Shown: positions 54,800 to 63,509 of the stretch, piece after piece
Position numbering within the stretch: position 1 is the stretch's first letter
Layout of the letters: every line of letters begins with the position of its first letter
NCBI GenBank assembly: GCA_037142615.1
Contig: JBAXAI010000004.1
Coordinates: forward strand, 104,654-168,653
Reading direction: 5' to 3'
Source of the DNA: Spirochaetales bacterium
GTDB lineage: Bacteria > Spirochaetota > Spirochaetia > JABEVK01
DNA: 64,000 nucleotides
The notes under the pieces: model-generated
Databases searched by the model: none
The model's input: the letters and a program-made list of their open reading frames with translations, nothing else
What the model was told of the DNA's origin: nothing
Position numbers and translations under genes: made by a program

Positions 54800-55387
54800 A
54801 TGCAAAAAGTTCTGATCGCGACCTTGGTGTTGCTGACCACCCTTGGCCTCTGCCTTCCGGTGGCGGCCCAAGTGAAAGACCTTCCCTGGAAAATGGCCGT
54901 TGTGCAGACCGACGGCGGCAAACAGGTTTCGTTGCCTTTCAGCCGTCCGTTGACTTTCAAAGATGGCAATCACTTCTTTCTGGTCATCATTCCCGGAGCC
55001 GCCGGATTTTTGGACGTGTTGTACGAAGACGTGAACGGTCAGGTGGCTGTGCTCTATCAGGCAGCAGCCAAAGACGGAGCGCCGGTGATCCTCCCTAGCG
55101 AAACCGAAGCCTTTGAAGTGACCCCGCCCGATGGCACCGAAAAGCTGCACGTGATCTTCAGCGGCAAGGCGGTCAGCAGCCTGCAGTCCCTCTACAAGAA
55201 TCTGCCCAACACTTCGGGCAAATTGCTCGATGCCTTGGCCGCGTACAAAACGTCGCTTTCGAGCCTCGCTGAAGCGCCCGAAAAGCCTGCGCCGATGGGG
55301 GGCACCCACCGGGGTCTGCTCGACGCCACCATGACTGAGTTCCGAGGAAAAGACGCTTATGTCAAAACCATCCGCTTCGATCATTGA
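54800..55387 (+). CDS. Exported protein, DUF4384-like
   Basis: Signal peptide; GFLDVLYED.NG.VAVL, ILPS...F..TPPDGTEKLHVIFS; SD GAGGAG and TATAAT upstream. Confidence 0.7.
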   Translation: MQKVLIATLVLLTTLGLCLPVAAQVKDLPWKMAVVQTDGGKQVSLPFSRPLTFKDGNHFFLVIIPGAAGFLDVLYEDVNGQVAVLYQAAAKDGAPVILPSETEAFEVTPPDGTEKLHVIFSGKAVSSLQSLYKNLPNTSGKLLDALAAYKTSLSSLAEAPEKPAPMGGTHRGLLDATMTEFRGKDAYVKTIRFDH

Positions 55388-57293
55388 GCGCGTGGCCCAG
55401 CCCCTGGTCTGGGTGCCCGTGCTCGTACTGTTTGCCACGCTGGGTTTGAACTACACGGGCCTTTGGCAGACGTGGGACCGCACTTGGTTTGACGCTCTGG
55501 TCAAAGCCAAGGTTCTGAACGATCCTTTGCCGCTGAGCCCCAAGATCTTCCCCGTAGACCTCAACGACCGGGCCGAACGCAATCTGGGCGCCAATGTCGA
55601 CAGCCGCCAGTCGTTCGCCGACCTGTTCACGGTGCTCGGTGATGGCAAACTGGCGGGGGGCATGGACTTTCTGTTCAGCGGCTCGGCCAATCCCGAGGGC
55701 GACAAAGCCATGGTGGCCGCCGCCGCCAAAATGGACGGGTTGGTGATGGCTGTGGTTCCGGTCGATCAGGGTACCAACAAGTTTACCGGCAAGGAATTGG
55801 CTCCCGAAGAAGAGGCGGTCATCCAGTCGCACCTGTGGCACCCGGTGGTGCTCAACGCGGGGCGCATCCCCGTGGCCGAGACCTTCTTGTTGCCCAACCT
55901 GCCGCTGGCGCAGGCCAGCCGGTGGCTCGGGCACATTGGTGTACGCCCCGACAACGACGGTCTGTATCGCAAGAGCGTGCTGTTCTTCCGCTACGGCGAC
56001 GGCTACATGCCGGCCCTCAGCTTGGCCATGGCCGCCTACGCCCTCAAGATCGATCCGTCCAAAGTGGTCATCAACGCCGGCGTCTCGATCGACCTTCCCG
56101 TTAAGGACAGGATCGTCCGCATTCCCGTCGACGACGAAGGCTACGCCTGGATCCCGTTCCCCACCAACTGGGACAACGGCTGGAAGCGCATTCCCATGGA
56201 CAAAGTCGTCGCGGCTGCGAGCGACATGGACCTGGAAGACGAAATGCTCAACATCTTGGGCGACGGCTTGGTGGTGACGGCCGACCTGACGACCAGCCAC
56301 AAAGACTTTGGCCCCACGCCCATCGAGTCGATTTACCCGCTTTCGGGCATTCATACCAGCCTGCTCAACGGCATGATGCTGAACCAGTTCTACCGCTCAC
56401 CGACGCCGTGGGAGATTGGTGGGCTGGTCGTACTGTTGGCCCTTGCTGTCGTGTTTCTCACCACCCGCAAGGCCGACTGGTGGTTGCACGCGGGCTTTGC
56501 TGTCGTGGGCCTCGCGGTCATCGCTTGGTCGGCAGCCAGTTGGTGGTATTTCTTGGTGGTGCCATGGTTTGCTGCGCCCTTGGCGGCCGTCGTCCTATCT
56601 TGGCTGGCAGGCATGGTGATCCGCCTCATGAAGACCCATGAGGAACGCACGCTGATGGAAAGTGCCCTGAGCCGCTACTTCCCGCGCGCGCTCGCGAGCC
56701 GTGTGCTCGACGAAAAGCAGGTCGACCTCAAGCCCGCCGACAAAGACCTCAGCATCATGTTCAGCGACATTTCGGGCTTCACCAAGTGGTCGAGCGACAA
56801 AGAGGCCGAACTCGTGCACGGCTTTTTGAGCGACTACCTCGAATCGATGGCCCACATTCTGTTCAGCTACGGCGGAACCGTCGACAAGTTCATGGGAGAC
56901 GGCATTCTGGCGTTCTTTGGCGACCCGTTTGAACAGCCCGACCACGCCGAGCGCTGCATCAACGCGGCCATGGCCATGCAGATCCGCGTCAAGGAACTGC
57001 AAGAGGTGTGGGGCGAAAAGGCCGGCATCAACCTCAAGATCCGCATCGGCATCAACACAGGCCATGTGATCGTGGGCAACCTAGGGTCGATCACCCGGAT
57101 CGAGTACACCGTCATCGGAAGCGCGGTCAACCTCGCCCAACGCATGGAAAGCAACGCCCCGCTCGAAGGCATTTTGGTTACCGGCGAAACCTACCAGCGG
57201 GTCAAAGACAAGTACCGCTTCAGCCCCAAGGAAGTGAAGGTGAAGGGCTACGACGAAGGCATCGCGGCCTGGGTGGTGGAGGGGAAGGTATGA
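55359..57293 (+). CDS. CHASE2-domain membrane class III adenylate cyclase
   Basis: CHASE2 GHIG..PDNDG..R and HTSLLN; TM bundle; cyclase FSDISGFT, DKFMGDG, EYTVIGSAVNLAQRME (K/T specificity residues indicate ATP). Confidence 0.92.
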   Translation: MSKPSASIIERVAQPLVWVPVLVLFATLGLNYTGLWQTWDRTWFDALVKAKVLNDPLPLSPKIFPVDLNDRAERNLGANVDSRQSFADLFTVLGDGKLAGGMDFLFSGSANPEGDKAMVAAAAKMDGLVMAVVPVDQGTNKFTGKELAPEEEAVIQSHLWHPVVLNAGRIPVAETFLLPNLPLAQASRWLGHIGVRPDNDGLYRKSVLFFRYGDGYMPALSLAMAAYALKIDPSKVVINAGVSIDLPVKDRIVRIPVDDEGYAWIPFPTNWDNGWKRIPMDKVVAAASDMDLEDEMLNILGDGLVVTADLTTSHKDFGPTPIESIYPLSGIHTSLLNGMMLNQFYRSPTPWEIGGLVVLLALAVVFLTTRKADWWLHAGFAVVGLAVIAWSAASWWYFLVVPWFAAPLAAVVLSWLAGMVIRLMKTHEERTLMESALSRYFPRALASRVLDEKQVDLKPADKDLSIMFSDISGFTKWSSDKEAELVHGFLSDYLESMAHILFSYGGTVDKFMGDGILAFFGDPFEQPDHAERCINAAMAMQIRVKELQEVWGEKAGINLKIRIGINTGHVIVGNLGSITRIEYTVIGSAVNLAQRMESNAPLEGILVTGETYQRVKDKYRFSPKEVKVKGYDEGIAAWVVEGKV

Positions 57294-57305
57294 CAGCGTA
57301 GGGCA

Positions 57306-57446
57306 GGGCATGCCCCCGCTGGCGCGGGGTCGGGGTGGCTCCGGGGTTCCGTTCTTCCGGCAAGGCCGGAAGGAACCGCTGGTGATCACGGCCGGGCAAG
57401 TGCCCGACCGCGATCACCGCGCCCTGCGCCTCCCTCATGCGGGGAG
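57306..57446. repeat. Structured dispersed element, copy 1
   Basis: GGGCATGCCCC start, 51-bp core identical to copy 2, 3' CCCTGCGCCTCCCTCATGCGGGGAG. Confidence 0.9.
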
Positions 57447-57520
57447 AAGCCGCCGAGAACTGCGCGGAACCGGTATGCACGAACGCGCCAGCCCAAAACC
57501 CGAACGAAGCCATGCCCGCC

Positions 57521-57838
57521 TCAGCCGTGGATGAAGATCCGCTGCCTGGCCAGCAGGTCGCTGTCATTGCTGATCACTTCCATCAGCCGGCTGGCAGATC
57601 CATTGGGCACGTTCTTGCCCGACTCCCAAGCCTCGACGGTCTTTTTGGAAACACCCAGAACTACCCCGAAGATGCTCTGGCTCACCTTGAGTTGGTGCCG
57701 CAGAGCACGAACCTTCTGAGCCTCCCACTTGGGCACCGGCTCTAGGACGATCTTGGTCGTTTTCAGGTCGATTTTGCCTTCCTTGTACGCCTTGACCTCT
57801 TCTAGGCCTCGCATGATCTTGTCAAACGCATCGCTCAC
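57521..57838 (-). CDS. HigA/XRE HTH antitoxin
   Basis: LKVSQSIFGVVLGVSKKTVEAWESG..PNG; GTG 57838 after SD. Confidence 0.88.
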   Translation of the reverse strand: MSDAFDKIMRGLEEVKAYKEGKIDLKTTKIVLEPVPKWEAQKVRALRHQLKVSQSIFGVVLGVSKKTVEAWESGKNVPNGSASRLMEVISNDSDLLARQRIFIHG

Positions 57839-57851
57839 TCTTCTGCTCCCT

Positions 57852-58178
57852 TCAAAGTGACCTGATGAAAGCCTTGATGGCCTTCTTCTCGTCGGCGCTG
57901 AGATTATCCTTTTCATCTTTTCCAAAGACGACCACCAAGTAGATCTTCCCGTCTCGAGCATCATCCAAATAGAGAACTCTGACTCCGCCACTCTTGCCAG
58001 TAGGCCTACCGCTTCGGTTCCAACGGATCTTCCGAGCTCCACCGGTACCTTCGATCAACGAACCACCATTGGGATGTTTCGCCAGGTGGTTTTGGAGTGA
58101 TTTCAGGTCGTCGTCACTTTGGCCCAATACTTGCCAATCATTGCTGAAAGCTCGCGTCTCTACGAACTCACGTTTCAC
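57852..58178 (-). CDS. RelE/HigB-family toxin
   Basis: FVETRAF, IEGTGGARKIRW, GKSGGVRVLY, KDEKDNLS; toxin-first order. Confidence 0.9.
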   Translation of the reverse strand: MKREFVETRAFSNDWQVLGQSDDDLKSLQNHLAKHPNGGSLIEGTGGARKIRWNRSGRPTGKSGGVRVLYLDDARDGKIYLVVVFGKDEKDNLSADEKKAIKAFIRSL

Positions 58179-58204
58179 TGGACCCTCCAGACGTCAGAAG
58201 TCAC

Positions 58205-58243
58205 CCTATCAGATAGGATAGTGCTGGCGCAGACGTTTGTCAA
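58205..58243 (-). promoter_or_regulatory. Promoter TTGACA-17-TATCCT with operator palindrome for higBA-like operon
   Basis: Palindrome CCTATC-A-GATAGG overlaps the -10/TSS region. Confidence 0.6.
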
Positions 58244-58287
58244 ACACTGAATCGCCGTCGCTTCAGTCCAAAAAGACCGCGCCGTCT

Positions 58288-58767
58288 TCAGGAAGCTTGG
58301 GTTTTGGACGTGGTAAAACGCGGGTCGGGAACAAAAGGAACCGGCGAAGAGGGCCTCAAACTGGCGAATTGGGAATGACCAGGGTTCAGAAGGATATTGA
58401 ACTCGCCGTCAATCACGGCGCTGGGTACACGCAGGGCCAGGCTTCGGCCCGACAGGAGCCAGTCACTCCCAATACGCTGAAGCGCAGTCCACTGCGGATG
58501 AACCAAGGTGCGCCAGTCTGGGGGTAGGGCGGCGACGTCGAGCGTTTCCACCAGAAGGTCCGGCAAAATGCAGGAAATTGTGCTGAAGTTCTTCAGCATT
58601 GCAAGATCCGCATTGGCCAGCACTTCCAGAGAAGCCAGCGATAGGTGTTCCGATGTGTACACCACGGCATGCCCAGGCATGTTCCACCGCCCCGGGTTCG
58701 TGGCAGCGCCTATCCCCGTGAAGGCACTACTCGCATAGCGGTTCGATGCCAGCCGCCAGACTGTCAC
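58288..58767 (-). CDS. RES-domain toxin (NAD+ phosphorylase family)
   Basis: WRL, GRWN, YTSEHLSLASLEVL, RVPSAV, NILLNPGH. Confidence 0.9.
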   Translation of the reverse strand: MTVWRLASNRYASSAFTGIGAATNPGRWNMPGHAVVYTSEHLSLASLEVLANADLAMLKNFSTISCILPDLLVETLDVAALPPDWRTLVHPQWTALQRIGSDWLLSGRSLALRVPSAVIDGEFNILLNPGHSQFASLRPSSPVPFVPDPRFTTSKTQAS

Positions 58768-59216
58768 GAAACGATGCCCTGCTCCAGCCTTCCCACCAGG
58801 GCCTCCACCAGCCCGGCTCCCATTTCGGTAGTCATGAGCGCTAACGGTGTGAGGTTTTGGAGCGCAGGTTTCTCAGACCGAAGCCAGCGACTGGCCGACG
58901 AGTCATCGCCGGCATACAAGAGCCGAACCCTCAGGTAAATCGACAACAACCGCAGCGCCCTGTCCGAGACTCGCGAGTCGAGGCGGCCATCGCTCTGCAT
59001 GCGGGTCAGAGTCCGGGGGCTAACTTGAAGAAGTTCGGCCAATTCGATATTCCCCACATGGAACGCATAGCGAAGGGCTCTGAGGCTTTCGACTCCAAGT
59101 CCATGCTTGACCAGGTCGAGGGAGTCTTGCGGTGCCAAGTGTGAGGGCAATGCGAACCAGCCCTCATGTGTGGAGGAGAAGTAGAGGAGGTTTTCTGCAA
59201 CCGCAAGGTCACTCAT
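58764..59216 (-). CDS. Xre/MbcA/ParS-type antitoxin
   Basis: HTH LLQVSPRTLTR, SDRALRL, WLRSEKPALQNLTP, LEQGI; coupled to RES gene. Confidence 0.88.
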   Translation of the reverse strand: MSDLAVAENLLYFSSTHEGWFALPSHLAPQDSLDLVKHGLGVESLRALRYAFHVGNIELAELLQVSPRTLTRMQSDGRLDSRVSDRALRLLSIYLRVRLLYAGDDSSASRWLRSEKPALQNLTPLALMTTEMGAGLVEALVGRLEQGIVS

Positions 59217-59247
59217 GGAAGAAGTATACCAGCCAATTGGCCTCAAA

Positions 59248-60444
59248 TCAAGGCCAAAATGCTAGCCCTTGCCGTGCGGTCTCGCGGAGCAATTGCGGCG
59301 CACCCACCGCTTGAACTTGAGCCGTGATCGGCTGCACCGCACCCTCGGTGAGCACGACAAGCCCCTGAGCACTCCAGCCCTCCGGCAGCAAACCGGGCGC
59401 CGAAAGGACCGCCCGAAGCGACTTGGTATCGTCCGCCTTGGGGGTGGCGCGCCGCTTCACTTCAAGAAGCGTCAGGCTTTGCTGATCGAACGCTTCGACA
59501 AGCAGGTCGATTTCCACGCCAGCGTTGGTGCGAAAGTACGAAAACCGCTGGTCGAATCCGCCGTGAAGGGCTGTTTTGTGAAGGTCGGCAACCACGAAGT
59601 TCTCGAACAGAGTCCCTGCCATCGGTCCACTTTCCAGCTGCTCCATGGTACGGATCCCGGTCAAGAAGCACACCAGGCCGGTGTCCCAAAAATAGAGTTT
59701 AGGGCGTTTGACCAGCCGCTTGCCGAGGTTGTTGTGCCATGGGCGCACCAGAAAGACGAGGTAGCTTGCCTCGAGCACCGACACCCAGGCGTTGACCGTG
59801 CGCTCATTGATGCCAGCCTCGCGGGCAATTGAGGAAAGATTGAGCTCCTGTCCTGTACGGGCCGCCAACAGCCCTACCACCTTGCGGAAGTCGTTCAGGT
59901 TGGTAACAGCCAAAAGATCGCGCACATCCCGCTCGAGGTAGGTCGTGACATAGCCATCGTACCATTCACGGGCCATTTCGCCACCGCGTAATACCAGTTC
60001 TGGGTAAAAGCCGGTGAGTTCCGGCACTCCTGTTTGTTCGCGAGGAATTTCGGACACTTGAAAGGGCAGGAGACTTTGGAAACCACACCGGCCTGCGAGC
60101 GACTCCAAGCCCTTTACCAGCGGAAATTGTGCCGAACCCGTCAAAACAAAGGCACCAGATTGCCAGTTCTCATCGACAAGGACCTTGATCACCTCAAAGA
60201 CGGCGGGGACTTTCTGCACCTCATCGAGTATCACCCGCTGGCCAAGGGCCCGCACAAAGCCGAGCCTGTCCTGCTCGAAGAGTTCACGCACCGACTGCAG
60301 GTCGAACGTCACGTACCGGTAGCCCGGCAAAAGGTGCTTCAGCAACGTCGACTTACCCGACTGGCGGGGCCCGGTGACCACCACGACGGGAAACACCGTG
60401 AGCAGATTTTGTATTCGATTGGCTGCAAGTCGAGGCAGAATCAT
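59248..60444 (-). CDS. AAA_14 ATPase with DUF4143 domain
   Basis: GPRQSGKS, ILDEVQK, LTGS, ESLAGR, KRPKLYFWDTG, EIDL..LLEVK. Confidence 0.9.
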   Translation of the reverse strand: MILPRLAANRIQNLLTVFPVVVVTGPRQSGKSTLLKHLLPGYRYVTFDLQSVRELFEQDRLGFVRALGQRVILDEVQKVPAVFEVIKVLVDENWQSGAFVLTGSAQFPLVKGLESLAGRCGFQSLLPFQVSEIPREQTGVPELTGFYPELVLRGGEMAREWYDGYVTTYLERDVRDLLAVTNLNDFRKVVGLLAARTGQELNLSSIAREAGINERTVNAWVSVLEASYLVFLVRPWHNNLGKRLVKRPKLYFWDTGLVCFLTGIRTMEQLESGPMAGTLFENFVVADLHKTALHGGFDQRFSYFRTNAGVEIDLLVEAFDQQSLTLLEVKRRATPKADDTKSLRAVLSAPGLLPEGWSAQGLVVLTEGAVQPITAQVQAVGAPQLLRETARQGLAFWP

Positions 60445-60582
60445 GCTTTAACCATAATTCATACAAAATCAGAATGTCAACATGAAATTGTACAAAGAGA
60501 CCCGGCACCGGGTTGATGGTCCAGACACGGAATCTTCAAAAATTGCGTCAAGGCCTTTTCATGGATTCAGCATCATGCCATC

Positions 60583-60780
60583 ATGGCATCGGAGGTTCTA
60601 CCCATGATGTTGCACGTTACCCTCGAGACCGATGAAGAGGGATGGATTGTTGCCGAGTGCCCAGCACTACCACTGGCTAACATCAAAGAAGCCATCCACG
60701 CCTGGCTCTGGGCCGAAGACGAAAAGCACCTCTCCGACACCCCTCAGTCCGGCAGAGCCCCCGACCTGGTCACTGTGTGA
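60583..60780 (+). pseudogene. HicB-family antitoxin with internal in-frame deletion
   Basis: GWIVAECPALP joined directly to LANIKEAI; the usual PGCxSQGxTxEEAL segment is absent. Confidence 0.7.
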
Positions 60781-60812
60781 GCCAATTGCCGGTCATCTCC
60801 GGTCAAGCAGGT
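60777..60812 (+). pseudogene. HicA-like toxin N-terminal stub
   Basis: GTG overlapping the hicB stop encodes MSQLPVISGQ, then loses similarity where it meets the brnA 3' end. Confidence 0.55.
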
Positions 60813-60819
60813 GCCTGCC

Positions 60820-61119
60820 TCAGCCGCGGCGCTGCTTTATCTCGGCCAGCATTTCTTTGCGCAACAGGCTGTTCATGAGCGTCTGGTAGCCCTTGCCGTG
60901 GGCCTTGAGCCACGCCAGCACATCGGAATCCAGGCGCGCCGTGATCTGCTGCTTGCGAGGCCTGTAAATGCTGTAAAAAGGGACCGCCTCGGCAAAGTCC
61001 TGGGCCGTCCATTCGGGAATGTCCGAGGTATCGATCTGGTCGTCGGGCAAAAGAGCCAAGGCGTCTAGTTCGGCCTTCATCGCATCAGTCATCTTGGGAA
61101 AACCCCGAACCGTTTTCAT
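60820..61119 (-). CDS. BrnA-family antitoxin
   Basis: IDTSDIPE, YRPRKQQITARLDSDVLAWLK, GKGYQTLMN. Confidence 0.9.
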   Translation of the reverse strand: MKTVRGFPKMTDAMKAELDALALLPDDQIDTSDIPEWTAQDFAEAVPFYSIYRPRKQQITARLDSDVLAWLKAHGKGYQTLMNSLLRKEMLAEIKQRRG

Positions 61120-61168
61120 ATTGCCTCAGATTACTCTTGTTCTTGCCCGCATCCCACTGGAAGTTCAC
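61085..61168 (-). pseudogene. BrnT toxin remnant (27 aa; N- and C-termini fused, core deleted)
   Basis: Manual translation from GTG: MNFQWDAGKNKSNL-RQYENGSGFSQDD; overlaps brnA start. Confidence 0.7.
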
Positions 61169-61217
61169 ATTGTAATTATAGCTATGTCGTTACAAATCGT
61201 TAATCGACGTCTCGGCC

Positions 61218-61355
61218 GGGCATGCCCCCCGGGAGCCGTACCGGTTCGCAGGGGTCGGGGTGGCTCCGGGGTTCCGTTCTTCCGGCAAGGCCGGAAGGAA
61301 CTTGGGGCCCGCCACTTGGCGGACCCCAACCCTACGCCTCCCTCATGCGGGGGAG
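61218..61355. repeat. Structured dispersed element, copy 2 (same orientation as copy 1)
   Basis: Identical core at 61251-61301; different but still paired variable stems. Confidence 0.9.
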
Positions 61356-61373
61356 TTGACGATGAGCTGCGGC

Positions 61374-63509
61374 CTAATAGACTCCCACAACGGTGACGGG
61401 ATAATTGTACCCCGTTTTGACATCGAGCGCGCTTCGGCTGTCGGTCAGTGGCAGGCTCGCCGGGCTACCTGCGCTGAAACTCTTCAGAGTAGCTGTGCCA
61501 GTACCCAAGCCCCACTTGCCGCTGAGGTCGAAAGCGAAGTTTTTTGCCGAATTTGAAAAAACCATTCCTGTGGAAGTTAGGTTGCCGTTGGAGCCATTGA
61601 CCGAGAAGTTCTCGATGCTGCCGGCGTTGTTGCTCATATAGAGGTAAGTCGTGCCGACGAATTTGTTGAAGCTCATGTGCGGCGAGTAGGTTGGGACTTT
61701 GTTACCGCCTGCGGCCCAGGATCCTAAGCTAAAGAGCGAATCCGTAACGTAGAACCCAGGGTTGGTTGTGCTCACGAAATGAAAAGTCCCCGTCGGGTCG
61801 AAAGCCATTTCGAAGATTGTATGCCCCGTGAGGTCGATGGGGTTCGCAGGCTGCGTGAGGCTCCCGTTTGCACCAATCGCCACCGCAATGATCTCAACGA
61901 ACACCCCAGAGACATCAGTCGCGATCACCATGGCTTTGGTTCCCGTCGAGTCGATCGAAACCATGCGCGCGTCAGCGAGAGCTCCCATAATCGAACTAGC
62001 GTTGCTAGTCCATTCGCCATTTGCAATGGAGTAACTCCGAACCCCGGTCGTCCCTGCATTTCCGCTATCGGCAATCAGAGCAGTTTTCCCATCCGGCGCA
62101 AGTGCCCAGCCGGAAGGTTTCGTGAGGCCGTGAATGAGCAACGAGCCTAGCCTTTGGGCGGTTTCCACCCCCACGACTCCATCCGTTACCGGGTAGGTAT
62201 ACACGCGGGTGGTGCTCAGAACATACACGAAATCTCCGTCTGGGGAAACCAGCGGTGCACCAACAAGGGGATGAGGAATATAAGTATTACCATAGGGCAT
62301 TCCCGGCTGTAGACTGAGTGCACCCGTCGCTGGATCGATGGAGAAGGCATACAGCGCCCTTAGAGCCGAGGTGTTGGTCCAGTTAGCAACGAGAAACTTG
62401 CCCTTGGGATCGGCAACCAAGGTAGAACTCGAGCCAACGGTCGGAAAGGCGACAAAGGGGTTGCCCGTGGCGGCAGTAAGGGTGCCCGTGTTGGAGTTGA
62501 GATTGAAGCCAGAAATATGGTCGCTTGAGTCGACGAAATAGACTTTCTGCTCGGGGTTCTTGACTTTGGCAGTATAGCTTTTTATTGAGCCATCGGCGGC
62601 TGTCACCACGTAGGTGACTCCTACGCTGCTATCAAAGTTCTGGCCTGTGGTGGCGCTCACTTGAGCGACACCGGATACCTTGACCGTGGCTCCCGTGGTC
62701 GAGAAGGTGGGTGCCAGGTTTGTCAAAGAGGTGCCGAAGGGGATCGTCACCGAGATATCTGTGCCAGTGATGGTACCGGCAAACGTTCCTGCCGGATTAT
62801 TGTTCATCCCTCCCGAGACAAACTTGAACTCGGTGATGTCCTTGGCTGGGCTAAATGCGGCCACCACCGTCACCACGTACTCGTGGGTGTTACCATCTGA
62901 ACCTGTCACGGTGTAGGTCACCGTTCCTCCGGCCCAGCTTTGTGCCACTCCGCTTTTTGGCGACACCGTCCCTCCGCTCAAGGTGATGGTTGGCGTGAGA
63001 GTGGTAAGCGCTGTTCCGTAGGGGAGGCTGACCGTAAACGCCGTGGCCTCAGCGGTTGGGGTCGCCGTGAAATCGGCACTAAGGCCCGCCGCGCTGTTGT
63101 CGGCCGCAACGAACTTGAAGCCGGTAATCTCTTTGGCCGTGGCCGATGCGACGGTCACCGTCACGGTATAATCCTTGGTCAGACCATCTTTCGACTTGAC
63201 CGTGTAAGTTGCCGGTTGGGTAAAGTCATGGGCGACGCCGCTGGCGGGAGTCACCGAAACCCCCGAAATGGTGACCGTGGGTACCAGCGCTGTCACCACT
63301 GTACCAAAGGGAACCGTCAGGGTGATCTGGTTACCCGAGTTGGTGGTAGAAAACACACCTGTTGCGGCCGGGCTAGCAAAATCAAAAGTAACGATGTCGC
63401 GGGTACTGGTGCCCTTAAAGTCGCGTGGGTCGTTCATCGGGATGAGAGTAGTAATATCGCAACCGAGAAGGTTGAGAGCGGTCAGGAGCGCCAGGGTGAG
63501 TTTTCGCAT
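61374..63509 (-). CDS. Surface lipoprotein: three DUF5018-like Ig repeats plus lactonase-like beta-propeller
   Basis: Lipobox LLGC; three repeats of IxxFxF..P(F/Y)GT..TxLxP..TYxVxxxDG....YTV; propeller-like ADPKGKF, SPDGDF, APDGKT, FDPTGTF. Confidence 0.8.
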   Translation of the reverse strand: MRKLTLALLTALNLLGCDITTLIPMNDPRDFKGTSTRDIVTFDFASPAATGVFSTTNSGNQITLTVPFGTVVTALVPTVTISGVSVTPASGVAHDFTQPATYTVKSKDGLTKDYTVTVTVASATAKEITGFKFVAADNSAAGLSADFTATPTAEATAFTVSLPYGTALTTLTPTITLSGGTVSPKSGVAQSWAGGTVTYTVTGSDGNTHEYVVTVVAAFSPAKDITEFKFVSGGMNNNPAGTFAGTITGTDISVTIPFGTSLTNLAPTFSTTGATVKVSGVAQVSATTGQNFDSSVGVTYVVTAADGSIKSYTAKVKNPEQKVYFVDSSDHISGFNLNSNTGTLTAATGNPFVAFPTVGSSSTLVADPKGKFLVANWTNTSALRALYAFSIDPATGALSLQPGMPYGNTYIPHPLVGAPLVSPDGDFVYVLSTTRVYTYPVTDGVVGVETAQRLGSLLIHGLTKPSGWALAPDGKTALIADSGNAGTTGVRSYSIANGEWTSNASSIMGALADARMVSIDSTGTKAMVIATDVSGVFVEIIAVAIGANGSLTQPANPIDLTGHTIFEMAFDPTGTFHFVSTTNPGFYVTDSLFSLGSWAAGGNKVPTYSPHMSFNKFVGTTYLYMSNNAGSIENFSVNGSNGNLTSTGMVFSNSAKNFAFDLSGKWGLGTGTATLKSFSAGSPASLPLTDSRSALDVKTGYNYPVTVVGVY

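Noticed and set aside
57306-61355. Repeats as integron attC sites, IS ends, or hammerhead/HDV ribozymes
   Set aside because: No RYYYAAC/GTTRRRY box pair, no transposase or integrase, no target duplication, and no CUGANGA/GAAA core visible; only a covariance-model search can fully exclude these
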